From: Cladosporium halotolerans
Lineage: Eukaryota
Direction: 5' to 3'
Length of the DNA: 46,271 nucleotides
NCBI RefSeq assembly: GCF_011745625.1
Contig: NW_027191478.1
Span: forward strand, 310,001-356,271
Part shown: positions 34,479-46,020 of the stretch, in pieces
How positions within the stretch are numbered: the first letter of the stretch is position 1
Layout of the letters: the number at the start of each line of letters is the position of its first letter
The notes under the pieces: model-generated
What the model was told of the DNA's origin: nothing
What the model saw: the letters and a program-made list of their open reading frames with translations, nothing else
Database searches by the model: none
Made by a program: the position numbers and the translations under genes

Positions 34479-36098
34479 GTTGTGAAAAGAGGAAGGTCGG
34501 GGTGGGGTATCTAGAGAGAGGACATAAAACGAAAGGGGGGTGTCCTGGCGTAGAAGGAGGAGAGGTGAGGGGAGTAAGGTTGGAGGCAGAGGGAGATTGG
34601 CGGTTTTTAAGTAAAGAAGGTCAGAGCTTTCAGAAGACTGCTGGACGACACTCGGGGTCCGGGGCCCTGCAACGGGGCTCCCTCAGATGCAGAGTGGAGG
34701 ATACGAAAAGCGGATGCCGGAGCGCCCAGACCCCGGTGTTGTCAGGAAACGCGCTTGCCATGATCGCGTGCCATCTGGCACGGGCTTTGCGGGCGTGGTG
34801 CGTGGTCGAGTGCCTGGTCGACCCGATGCCATATCGAGCTATACCATTTCCAAAGCTGAAGACTGGGTCTCACGTTAAGTGGGTCTGCGCAGGGCGTGCT
34901 ATAACGGTGGAGGCGTCAACGGAATTACCGCAAGAACTGCTGCCGTGTTCCTGTGCCGATCCGGGTCCTAATAGAGCTGTCGCCGTTTGACTTGCCCCGA
35001 CTACGCACTGCACAGTGCCGCATACCGTCCCGGCCATCAACTCGCCCGTCAGCGGTAGCTAGCCTTGGCTTGCGTGGGCGGCGACTACCAGAAAGAACAT
35101 ACCGGCTTGGCCCATATTCGTTTGTCAGCGAGCGTTTCAAGCAAAGCTTGCAAAGCCTTTACTGCCGGACGTGACGTGCGTGGTTGAGGTGAGCCAGAAG
35201 TTAGAGCTGAGCTAGTGGCGTCGGGAAGCGTCGGGATCCACTCCCGCTCCGTCCCGCGCCTCCCAAGCCTTTTTTCATCGCGACTAAGGAAGTGGCGCAA
35301 AATCATACTTCGACGTCTGGTCATCGCAGGACCTCCCAGTCAATTCGCAGAGCCAGCGGTCATGCCATATTGCAACGCACACACGCTTAGTCCGATTTTC
35401 TGAATTTGCATTTACGATTTTCCCGATTCTCAAACAAGCTGGAGTCCTAACGGCAGGCAATTTCTCAACACTCCGTTGAAGCACCGAGACTTGGCGGGCG
35501 TATCGCGGTCCTTTTTCAACAGCCAGAAGCTGCTGATCCGAGCGTACCGAACATTTACCTTTCGGAGCTGGGAGTTTGAACGCTGCGATCTAACCCTAGC
35601 GCCATGCCTAGAAGACTAGAGGAACACGCGTAGAATCATCGTAGAATTTGTTCCTGACTAGTGCGTCGGCGCACGGCTCTCTTCTGCCTCTCTGCATGAA
35701 GCGGTGCAAGAAATTCGTTACGATGATTCCGCTTGCCGGCGATTAGCATGTGTGTCCGGGTTGTAGAAATGGCGCAACGTCGTCATCGTCCCACCATGGC
35801 CAGACACCACGTGTCGGACGAGTCCGCTCTGCACACTGCTGGTTCGGGAGCCCTATCTTCTTGCGTCTGCCTCCTCCAGCAGCCGTGCTAAGCGCCCGGT
35901 TAACGGCATCACATGGTCCATTAAGCTAGCGGTCGCTTGCCTCTAATTCCGACGATACGTTCGAGAAGAAAAGGCGAGCCGCGGAGTTCATGAACCAGAT
36001 GTTGCCATTACATGTGACTATCATTAAAATACATTCGACAGATCCGGCAACCTCCACCGAACTTGCCACTGGCCAACCTTCCGCGGTCTCGACGGCCT

Positions 36099-37021
36099 CT
36101 ATACCGTGTCATCAATCTCATCTTGGGCCGCCTGGGCGTACTGGCCCTTGCCGCTGACGTACGGCGGTCTAAAACGAACTCACAGTCAGCCCTGAAGGCT
36201 CCGGCCGTTGTGTTTTCGCTTCCGCGGCTTACCTACTTCAAGTAGTTCCTGACACCAACGAGGCCTGCGGCGCCGACCGCGTATGCACCCAGAAGGTTGC
36301 TCCAAGCGACGTCCCCGTATTGCCTCTGACCAACGCACAGCGCCACCAGATCGTAAACCATGCAGCCTCCGAAAATCCAATCGCTGGAGGCACTGAGGCC
36401 TGCAAAGCCCAGACCAGTAAGCACCTTGGCCCACATCGGGGTAGGCACGTCGACAAAGTATGCAACACCGTTGTTGTGGAGGAAGTCCAGGATGCCAATC
36501 CCCGCAAATGTCTTTGAAACAACGTGCGTAAGGATGCTGCCCCAGCTCTTCGTGTTCATTGGCTCGAGCTGTGTGGAGATGTACCACATCTGCATCAAGC
36601 TGTTTATCCAGACGAAGATGTTCGACGTCTTGAGGTTCTCGCTGTTCCAGAAGAACATCCATGTGCCGATGCAGATGTTGCCGATGGCGTAGTACGGCAC
36701 GAACTTGACCATCTCGTCAAGCTCTTTCTTCTGCGCCGGGTTGGAAGGGTTGTTCTTCCACAGCTTGTACATCCACGCTAGCTGGAACCTTGAGAAGGTA
36801 TTAGCGTGGGAACCAATGGGTGACCTTTTGGAATATGCTTACATCTGCTGCGGGAAGAAGAATGCACCAATGAAGTATGGCTGGGGCGACCAGAACGAGA
36901 TATTACGGTTGTGAATATCTAACATGTTGGGCGAAGAGTTGAGGCCATATTGCTGGGCGGCGAAGTCGTAAATGAACGACAAAGGCGCAAGGTAGCGCGC
37001 AGTGCTGAGAGAGACACCCAT
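36099..37021 (-). CDS. Uncharacterised multi-pass fungal membrane protein (exons 37021-36843, 36788-36237, 36168-36099)
   Basis: Coherent hydrophobic frames joined by introns (SPQPYFIGAFFFPQQM|FQLAW; YAIGNICIGTWMFFW). The last exon is uncertain: the protein may end at TAG 36233. Confidence 0.78.
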
Positions 37022-37659
37022 GTTGAAGGCGGTAGTGTGATGCTGTGAAAGGTTCTTTTGTCGGATTTGCCGGTAGGTAAGAAGTTACGATACTGGAAAA
37101 GAAAAGGACCTACCTTTTGAGCATGTGCCTGTGCCGTCTTATTATGTTTACCAGTCTGAACGTAAGGATCCGGAGTCGTGATGTCAGAAACCGCTGCGGG
37201 CGGCTTGCCGCAGCCCGAATCTGGGGGAGCTCTCGCTCTCGCAAACGGAGGGCGACCCGATGACACTGGCGTGACGATGGTCAATCGGGACGAAAGAACA
37301 ACATCGGCGAGCCTTATATTGCGATTTTGTTGCTATCCCCGTGCATGCAACAATGCTCCAAAAGTGCCAGTGTTTCCGATGATATCGATGTCGGCCAGAG
37401 TCCGCCAATCCGAAATAAGGGTACATAGGGTTAGGGTTGGGGTAAGCCTTCACCTTTGGAACCTCGAGTGCTTCCACTGTCTGATATTTCAGGCATTATG
37501 GCATGCAATTATGTCTCCTTGAATATTCAGATTTTTTTTATGGTCTAATAGGAATATCTCTCGATCCAACTCCAAGTTATTGCTCTGCTTACAAAATTCT
37601 CGACACGCAGGTCGTCAACATCAGACCCATCATCACTACAAAAAATCCCAACCCAAGCT

Positions 37660-38760
37660 TCACCGACTCGTCACCTCCACCAACACGCTTAACTGAAACC
37701 TCCCATCCTTACTCTCCAATGCACTCGAGTCGAACACAGTGATGCCACCCAGCCGCTTATCACCCAGCTGCTCCCGATGCAGCGCCACAAGCCACCCACT
37801 CCCAAGCACATTTGGCGTCCCAAGAACAGCAACATAGGCATCGTTAGCAGTGAACGGACCCGGCCTTACCCGTGTGAAAACATGCCCCGGCCAATTCGGC
37901 GGCACGCTCGACCGCACGCCGTCCTTCCTCAGAGCCTCGCTGACGACGTCGACGGTCGCTTGGTTGATCGCGTTGATATTTAGCACATAGTGCAAAGCGT
38001 CCCGGTGCTCGTACATCGTCGCCTGAAGCCAGGTCAGGAAAGCGACGTCCGCCCAGTTGCGGAGCTTTGGCAGCGGCGCTGCTGCAGGCCAGTGCTCTGC
38101 GGGCCCTTTCTTGTTCTCGACGTACCACGCTGGACCGTAGGATTTGGACGGAATGAGCAGACCTTGCTGAGGATCGAGGACCAGGGCGTAGGTGCCGCCG
38201 GTTGCCTGTCATGATTAGTTTCCATTATACGCCCGCGACCTTTCTCTGCACCATACCGGGTGTTTCACGCCATCGTGCACCGTCTCCCGGTCGTGAGTCC
38301 ACTGCACACCGTGCAAAGTCGGCGATTCGACCGAGATCCCCTTCGCTTTCAAGACACCGACATACTGCCCCAGTGTGTCTCTGACAACCTCCTGGCTCAG
38401 ATCGGTCGGACTCCAGCCCCAATCTCGCAAGTCGGATACTCTCTGAAACGGCGAGTCGCCGTCGTCGAAAGCCTCGAGAATCTTCCGGCCGCGTGCGCGC
38501 GCCTGCTTGAAGTCTGGCGAGGACCTGAGTCCGCGCTTGCGTTGTGTGGTCGTTGAAGTGAGGTCGGAGACGCTGCTCAAGGCGTCATCGTGGCCGGTGT
38601 GGTCTTCGCTCGTCGCATCGAGGGCAGTGGGAAGCCCTGGTGTCACATGAGAAACCTCGTTGACGTCCTCGGAATCGCTCGCGAATTGTTCGAACAGCGA
38701 TCCGCAAGCGCAGAAGACCATTAGCGCCGCGCAGAGAGCGCCTAAGTACCATCGACGCAT
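37660..38760 (-). CDS. Secreted protein of unknown function with acidic pro-region and Kex2-like RKR site (exons 38760-38257, 38205-37660)
   Basis: Signal peptide MRRWYLGALCAALMVFCACG. Intron GTATGG...CTAAT...CAG joins the frames. LRNWADVAFLTW and VLGTPNVLGSGWLVALHREQLGDK resemble motifs of a widespread uncharacterised fungal family. Confidence 0.8.
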
Positions 38761-39298
38761 TACAGCTTGTGGCTGGGTTTTGCGGTGTGATGTCGTACGG
38801 CGCGGCACCGAGAAAGGAGCCGATGGCGTACAGTGAATTGTGAGCAAAGATTGAGAGTGCTTTGTGCTCCGAGTCTTGGGCTGAAGCGCTCTGACTTTCG
38901 CGCATAGTATCTCGCTGATTCTGATTCTGTGTGAATACTTCCTAGCTCCAACATTGCGCTTCTACAAACAGCACGGATAGGCCAGACGCTGCAAGCCTCA
39001 AAGTGGAGCACATGGAAATTTGATCCATTCGAGAGCAATCGATGTACTCGAGGCCAATGGAAGCTGGGCGGTCTTTCATTTACGAGTACTCGTCATCTAC
39101 GTCTAAAGCGCTCAGCAAACGACCGCTCTCGCTTCTCGACACAAAAGAAATCATCAAAATCCATAATCCAATTCTTACCGCTCATCGCTGTCTATCGCAA
39201 AAGACACAACCGTCGTGATCGTCATCATCATGCCTCCTCCAGCAGGTGCTCTTCCTCCATCGTTCATGGTTGTTCCCTCATTTATCCAGGTCCCTGCT

Positions 39299-41034
39299 CT
39301 AAGCCTTGGGATCGACATTGCCCTTGACCACCTCCAACACACCCCCATCGAGCGAGCTGATAGGTGTCTGCGTCCCACTTCCCGCAACAGGGCTAGCCGT
39401 AATGTTCGGAGTGCCGATACCACTGAACGGGCTCACCGCGCCACTCGGCGGCACCGGGATCTTGATATCCTCCGGGCTGGCCGGGACCATCGGCGACGGA
39501 AGCCCGTCGATGTGGATGCGCTTCGCGGAGTTGTTGTACGAGGCCGGGATGATCTCGATGATCTCGTCGCGCGGGAATTGCAGGCTTGGGATGTCCGTCG
39601 CGGAGCAGGCCATGAGGTAGCCGTACAGGACGCGGAGGACGGACTCGTGCGCGATGATGAGGAGGTCGTTTTGCTCGCGCTCGAGTTCGAGAATGATGGG
39701 TTCGAGGCGGACGGCGAGGTCGTGGTAGGACTGGTGATGTTAGCGTGGAGTCAAAAGGTATGGAAATGTTGTGCTTACCTCAGCACGCGGGTATCTGTGG
39801 TGGTAAGGGTCCTGTTCGTGCTTGCCGACCTCGTCAGGGTACTGCTCTCTGATCCGGCGCTCACTCATTTTCTCGCAGACTCCAGGGTTCAGCTGGCTCA
39901 TCTGACTGCGCTGTCTGACACGGTAACCTTGCTCCTCTAGGAACTGCGACGTTTCTATCGTGCGCCTGCGTGTGCTGGTCCAGACTGTCAATGGCTTGGA
40001 AGCGGTCGACTCCGGAGCGCCAGCCTTGACGAGGTTCTGACGCTCCGACTCGCGGTGAGCAATCAGTGTCGCAGTCATCTTCTTTGCGTAGTCTTTGCCC
40101 TCCTCGCTTAGACTGGCGTCAGCCTTGTAGCTGTCCTCTTCGCTAGTAGTACCGGCACGACAGAAGTACGTCTGCCGGCTTTTGATGTGCAAATTGAGCA
40201 GGTAGAAGACGATACGCTGAGATAAGTACCCAAAGGCAGCGTTGTTGACAATCATACGCTCTCCAGCGTTGATCATTTTGACGTAGTGAAGATCTTTCTC
40301 CTCGATTGTCTCGTAGTGAGGAATGCGCGAGTTGATGCGGTGGAGATAGTCTTTCACCGCATCTTCAGGTGACCAGCCGATGTAGTCCGGAGATGAGATT
40401 TTGACCGATCGAACGTTCTCCTCGATGATTCTCTCGTCGGTACAAGTGCTCTCTATGAACAGAGTCTGGATGTTTTGCTTCTCGAATTCCTTAGCCAGAG
40501 CATGACGTCCTGTGGCCAAGGGGTTGACGGCGTCGAAGATCGCAATCTGGCCTTTCTCATGGTTGAGGAAGTGAAGAATGTCTTCGCGGCACTTCTTCAA
40601 GATCTTGTTCCTCAGGAGTACTGACGAGGTGCTTGCGTTTACAAAAAAGTAGTCATCCGGGATCTCGCCTTTAGGCCCTAGGTGTGCCCGGCGGTAGTCA
40701 CCAAGATGGAAGATGTGGGTCTTGACTCCAAGCCAGCGGAGGTAACGTGCAAGGGCAACACTGACGTGGGTCTTGCCTCGAGCGGGCAGGCCTACGGTAG
40801 CTATGACGATTCTTCCAGAATGGAATAGGCGACCTGACTCTGTCGAGTAGAGCTGTGCAGGAGCCATGGAGGCCTTCTCCGGCAAGTCGTGAATGGCGTC
40901 CACATTTGTGCTAGAGCGGCGGCGGAAGTTGGCAGACCTTGCTGCCAGGTCGGCGGTGCTGTCACATATTAGCTCGGAGCTCTTGCTCTGACAGAACGCA
41001 GGCACGAAAGGAAGACATACAGTAGAGTGTCCAT
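39299..41034 (-). CDS. 6-phosphofructo-2-kinase/fructose-2,6-bisphosphatase family protein, YLR345W-like subgroup (exons 41034-41021, 40958-39779, 39730-39299)
   Basis: P-loop VGLPARGKT, AIFDAVN, SVKISSPDY, RYPRAE|SYHDLAVRLEPIILELER, IIAHESVLR. The RHG motif appears as RAG. Confidence 0.92.
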
Positions 41035-41415
41035 GGCGAAGATTGATCACTTCGTTGACCGCTGTGCCGGAAAGCAGCCTGTTGGTCTCTTCCAGCTGTG
41101 TGGTAAGTGAAGCTGCAGGACGTACGTCAAGGCACTTGGTTGAGGCTCCGAGGGGGCCCGATGGCCACTCGTGGAACGTTGACAAAAAAAGCAGTCTCAG
41201 CGGATAAACCGAGATGCAGACGCCAGTGGAGGACTTCCGCTCGAAGAACGCTAGATATATTGCCGTGACGCTTCCGAATAAGGCGGGCTACCGGGGACGA
41301 GAGGAGGGGGGTGCTCTAACGTGGGATGGCAGTATCTCGGCCTCGAGCTCTATCAGAAGCGGGCTATCGCAACCTTCGCGGGCGCTGGTCGCGTTGGCTA
41401 GCCGGCTTGTCGTCC

Positions 41416-41428
41416 GTCACGTGAGTCA
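41416..41428. promoter_or_regulatory. Overlapping bHLH E-box (GTCACGTG) and Gcn4/CpcA-type site (TGAGTCA) in the divergent PFK2-TOM40 promoter
   Basis: Sequence GTCACGTGAGTCA read directly, roughly midway between the two ATGs. Confidence 0.35.
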
Positions 41429-41830
41429 GATGGATTGTTGTGACAACAGCTGGGCACCAGCGAAAATTGGATGTATCGAATACGCGTACTTGAACATGAC
41501 GAGTATGTCAGCCCACCAGCAGGTTCACCTTATCGCGGCGAGCTGTGCCGCACGTGCAGGCGGGCGCAGACATGAGGTGATGGCCTCGGAAGAGAGGCCT
41601 CGGGTCGCTACGGCAAAGGCCCGAGCCGCCGACATCATCGCGACCTCCGGACTGGACTTTTTGCACGACAGCTCAGCAGCCCGTTACGCCCATCACAGGA
41701 GACGGCGAGCGAAACGCATCACCGACTCCCTTCCCACCCCATCTCCATCACCTCCGACGTCGCCAACGCCTGTCAGATTCGCTGACCTGGACGCTTCTCG
41801 CCCGCGCCGCCCGCCCTCACATCTCTCGCC

Positions 41831-43085
41831 ATGGCTGCTGCAACTCCTTTAGAACAGCCGGTGCCCGTCGTGCCCGCCGGCGCCCTTCCTCCCATCGATG
41901 TCACTAAGCCCGGTTCCATCTCACAGCCTACGCCGCGCACCGGCGGCATCTTCGACTCCGTTCTGGACACATACAGGTCTTTCCAGGACCGAAGAGCAGC
42001 CCTCGGCCTGAGCAACCCCGGCACCGTCGACAACATCGCCGCTGAGGTCCAGAGGAATGTCTTCCTCACCAACCAGACCTTCTCCGGCCTGCGCGCAGAG
42101 TTGAACAAGAGCTTCTCAATTGCGCCTCTTTTCCAGATCAGCCATGCCTTCTCCGCTGGCTCTCAGATGCTCTCCCCGTACACCTTCCTTGGTCTCTACG
42201 GCACGAACAACGTAAGTCGCAACCGTCAAGCGCCATGCGCATTTCTCATCTGAACACTCGCACTAACTCCTACAGACTCTTTGCCAAGCGCAGCTTGACT
42301 CCGACCTCTCCCTCTCCGGCCGCTTCAACCAGCGCATCACCGACCGTCTGAGCTTCAAGTCCCAGATCCAGATCCAGCCTTCTTCCATGGCCGGCCCCGG
42401 TGCCGCCCAGGTCTCGCTTGAGCAGGACTACACCGGCGCCGACTTCAGCGCCAGCATCAAGAGCATCAACCCGAGCATTCTTGAGGGCGGCCTCACCGGC
42501 ATGTTCATTGGTTCATACTTGCAAGCCGTCACTCCCCGTCTCGCGCTTGGTCTCGAGGGTGTTCTGCAGAAGCCTGGCGGTGGCATGGGTCCCGAGGCTG
42601 CTCTGAGCTACGCTGGAAAGTACAAGGGTGACGACTGGATCGCCAGCCTGCAGCTCCTGACCCAGGGCGGTCTTCAGGGCAGCTACTGGAGGCGTCTGAC
42701 GGACAAGGTGGAGACTGGTGTCGATGTCAACCTGCAGTTTGCCGGCGGCAACCCCATGATGGGTGGCCCCAAGAGGGAGGGTGTTGCCACTCTCGGTGCC
42801 AAGTACGAGTTCTCGCGATCCATCTTCCGCGCTCAGGTCGACTCGCAGGGCAAGATTGGCTGCCTTCTCGAGAAGGTCGTCGCACCTCCCGTCCGCATGA
42901 CCTTCGCTGGTGAGATGGACCACGCCAAGGTAGGCCCTGAAATCCAGCATCAATTTCTCGTTACAGCCCGCTAACATTGAACACAGAACGCCGCCAAGCT
43001 CGGTCTCGCAGTCTCCATCGAAGCATCCGGCGAGGAGCTCATGGAGCAGCAGGACAAGGTCCTCCCTCCGACCCCGCCCTTCTAA
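41831..43085 (+). CDS. TOM40: Mitochondrial outer membrane translocase channel Tom40 (exons 41831-42211, 42276-42929, 42987-43085)
   Basis: [81 protein letters not shown], ending PPF. Confidence 0.96.
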
Positions 43086-43865
43086 ACAACTCGCTCAACA
43101 ATACTACAAAGCGAGCATGAAGAACACTAATCTTCACTCTGTACACTAGCACACATTCGGGGGACGCAGGTCGATTTACGCGGAAAGCGGAGACGTGGAT
43201 TGGAATGATACCACTTTCGCATGTAGGGATAGAGGAGAGAGATACGAACGATCAGGTAGTGAACAAGAGGCGGAAACCAAGTCGGCCGCATACCGAGGAC
43301 AGCAGGCGTGTGTGCGTGTGTGTCTTTTATGGGATCGTGCACGCGCTTTTCTTTTCGGGAGCATGGCATAGCGCATCGTGGGGTTTCGGGTGCGGCCGGT
43401 CTGCCCTGTTCGTTTATCGCTTCGGGGGAGCCTTTTGTGTATAAGTATTGCATCGAAGGAGCCTTTTCAAACAGTGCCGTCTCAGTTCGGATCCTGCTAT
43501 ACTTCGCAACACTTCTGCCATAACCAAGGCCTTGCTGTGTGCGCAAGAAAAACGCTCGCGTGACTTTGGCATGCGACAGAAAGACTGGCAGATCTATATC
43601 AATGGGTACCATTGCAACTCTAATTCGAATAAAGCGATCGATCTCAATACGACAAACGGAGCTATCGCCGGTCAGAAAGTGATGATTGATTTCCACGGTC
43701 TGCAAAAGTGGGTTCGCGCCGGACCCTAAATTCTAAACCCTGGTGCCAAAGCGCCTCGTTTCCATACTTTTTCTAGATCTACAACTCCGGCCGTGACCCC
43801 GCTGCTCCGTTTTGCCCTGATATCTCACAAAGCTTCTGCCCGGGAAGCATCGGAGCACCCATACA

Positions 43866-44468
43866 ATGGCGCGCGCAAACGAGCAGCAAGCAACCGCTGG
43901 CGCGCCCTCGAACGGCGGCGCACCCGTTGACCTCGCCCTCCGCAGTAACTCCAACGAAGCCGCCCAGAACCGCGCCAGCAGCAAAAGCTCAGCGGACGCC
44001 GAGTCCCAGCAGGAATCCGCATCCGAGGACAGCGACTCGAGCATGAGCGAGGACGACTCCTCGTCCTCCGACGACAACGCCAGCGACGACGTCGCGACAG
44101 TCACCACGGGCAAGAAACCCGATTTCTCTTCAGCGCGCGTCGCTTCTGGCGCGCCGTCGCTGGAAGACAGGCTGAAGGCTTTCCTACCGCAGCTGGCGGA
44201 GGCGAACAGCGCGCTTGGGAAAGAGGGCGCGAATAAGTACAGTATGGAGGATGTGGGGGACGATGAGCCGCATATTGAGATGAGTTTGGGGCTTGGGGTG
44301 TTGGAGGAGACGAAGGGGAAGGAGGGGGAGGATTCGTCGGAGGATGAGGATGAAGGTGGAGAGGAGGGTGGGGAGGCGCCTGAGGGTCGGGGAAAAGAGA
44401 AGGATGTTATGGGCAAGCTGATGGGTGGGAGGAATAATGCGGCGGGAGCGATTGAGGAGGTTGGCTGA
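43866..44468 (+). CDS. NOPCHAP1/DUF4598-like box C/D snoRNP assembly chaperone
   Basis: RLKAFLPQLAEANSAL and EPHIEMSLGLGVLEE motifs within an acidic, Ser-rich 200-aa ORF. Confidence 0.8.
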   Translation: MARANEQQATAGAPSNGGAPVDLALRSNSNEAAQNRASSKSSADAESQQESASEDSDSSMSEDDSSSSDDNASDDVATVTTGKKPDFSSARVASGAPSLEDRLKAFLPQLAEANSALGKEGANKYSMEDVGDDEPHIEMSLGLGVLEETKGKEGEDSSEDEDEGGEEGGEAPEGRGKEKDVMGKLMGGRNNAAGAIEEVG

Positions 44469-44916
44469 ACGATTCAAGATCTGCCGATAAGATTCTCGCA
44501 ACATATCATGACGGTTCGCGCAACTCGCGCATCGGAAAGAATGGCTATGACCGAGTGTGCTTGCTAGACAGGCACAAGTGACAACCTCGCTCTGGAGGAG
44601 TTGGACGTCATACTTGGAGAACCGATTGTCTCACTGCGAGCGACTCCACTACCGACCCGTCGCGCTTAGGTACGTGACGAAAATCGGTCACAAAAACTAT
44701 CAGAGCCTCGGACCAAGTCCTCCATGGAAAGCAATCATTCTGATAGGAGTACTGGCGCTCACAACAGAGAAAGCCCACTCTGTGATTCAAGAGACTCATC
44801 AAGACAACTGTGAATGCGCCGACGCCAAGGTCCTATCACTATGATGACACAGCATTCTGGCTATAGAGTTATATACAACGCCATCCATAGTCCGCAATCA
44901 AGTACACGCCACCAGA

Positions 44917-46020
44917 TCACGTCTGGTGGTAAAGGTTGACAGGAATGCCATCCCTCTGCCCACTCTTAACCAACGCCTCCAAAATCTCAAGATCCCCCAG
45001 CGCCTCCTGCGGGCTCTGCTGCGGATCCGGCTTGCCCTCCTTAATACTCTTCGCCCATGCAAAAACCTCCTGCTTGACACCCCCAAACGCATCCTTCGCC
45101 TCCTCCGTCGTCCCCTCCGCCTCCCCCCTCTTCTTAACAGTAACCAACCCCTCAAATGGCCTCACAACCACCTCTCCCCCCTCACACGCAACAACCCACT
45201 CGTTCCCCGTCGCCGTCGTCCCAAAACTGATTGAAAGCGTCCCCAGGCCCCCATTCCGCAACCTCACTGTCGCATCCGCCGTATCGACAGGAGGCAGATA
45301 TTTCTGGTGCTGCGCCGTGAAGGCGCTCAGGCTCGCCGCCGCCGCCTCGCTGCCCAGCAGGCACCGCATGCCCGCGATGCTGTGCACGCCGCCGTCGAGC
45401 AGGAACCCGCCCTGGTACTCGGGCGCCGCGCGCCACGCGGTCGAGATGTACTTCGTCCCCGGCTGGATGCAGGTCTGCATGCGCACGCGGAAGTTGAGGA
45501 CGGGGCCGAGCTCGCGGGCGCGCTGGGCGCCGATGATGAAGGCGTTGAAGTAGCGGAACTGCTCGGCGATGGCGAGGGTGGCGTTGTGGGTGGAGGCGTT
45601 GCTGGTGTACCATTGGATGAGCTCGCGGGCGGTTACGACGTCTTTGGCGATGGGCTTTTCGGCCAGGACGTGCTTGCCGGCGCTGAGGGCTTGCTTGATG
45701 TAGGTTGGCTGGACGGGGATAGGGAGCGCGATGATAACGGCGCGGATGTCAGGGCGAGAGAGGAGTTCGGAGAGGGGTTTGCTGTCGTCGGAGTAGAGGT
45801 CGACGTGGGAGAGGGTGGAGGCGACGTTTTGGGCGGATTGGAGGGAGCGCGAGTAGATTGCTCTGAGCTCGAGGTCGGAACTGGCTTGGACGGCTGGGAG
45901 GTGCTGTTCTTTCACGAATATTCCTGCAGAATGTGTTAGAGAGACAGGATATCATCTTGTGCATAGATGATTCTGTGGCGTACCGCTGCCAATGATGGCG
46001 ACTCCAATTTTCTCAGCCAT
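44917..46020 (-). CDS. Gfo/Idh/MocA family NAD(P)-dependent oxidoreductase (exons 46020-45984, 45923-44917)
   Basis: IGVAIIGS|GIFVKEQH Rossmann start, AGKHVLAEKP, GGFLLDGGVH. Confidence 0.93.

Noticed and set aside
34480..35600. SYGGRG (CreA-like) hexamers in the hexose transporter promoter
   Set aside because: Degenerate motif expected by chance at this GC content; no clear paired arrangement.
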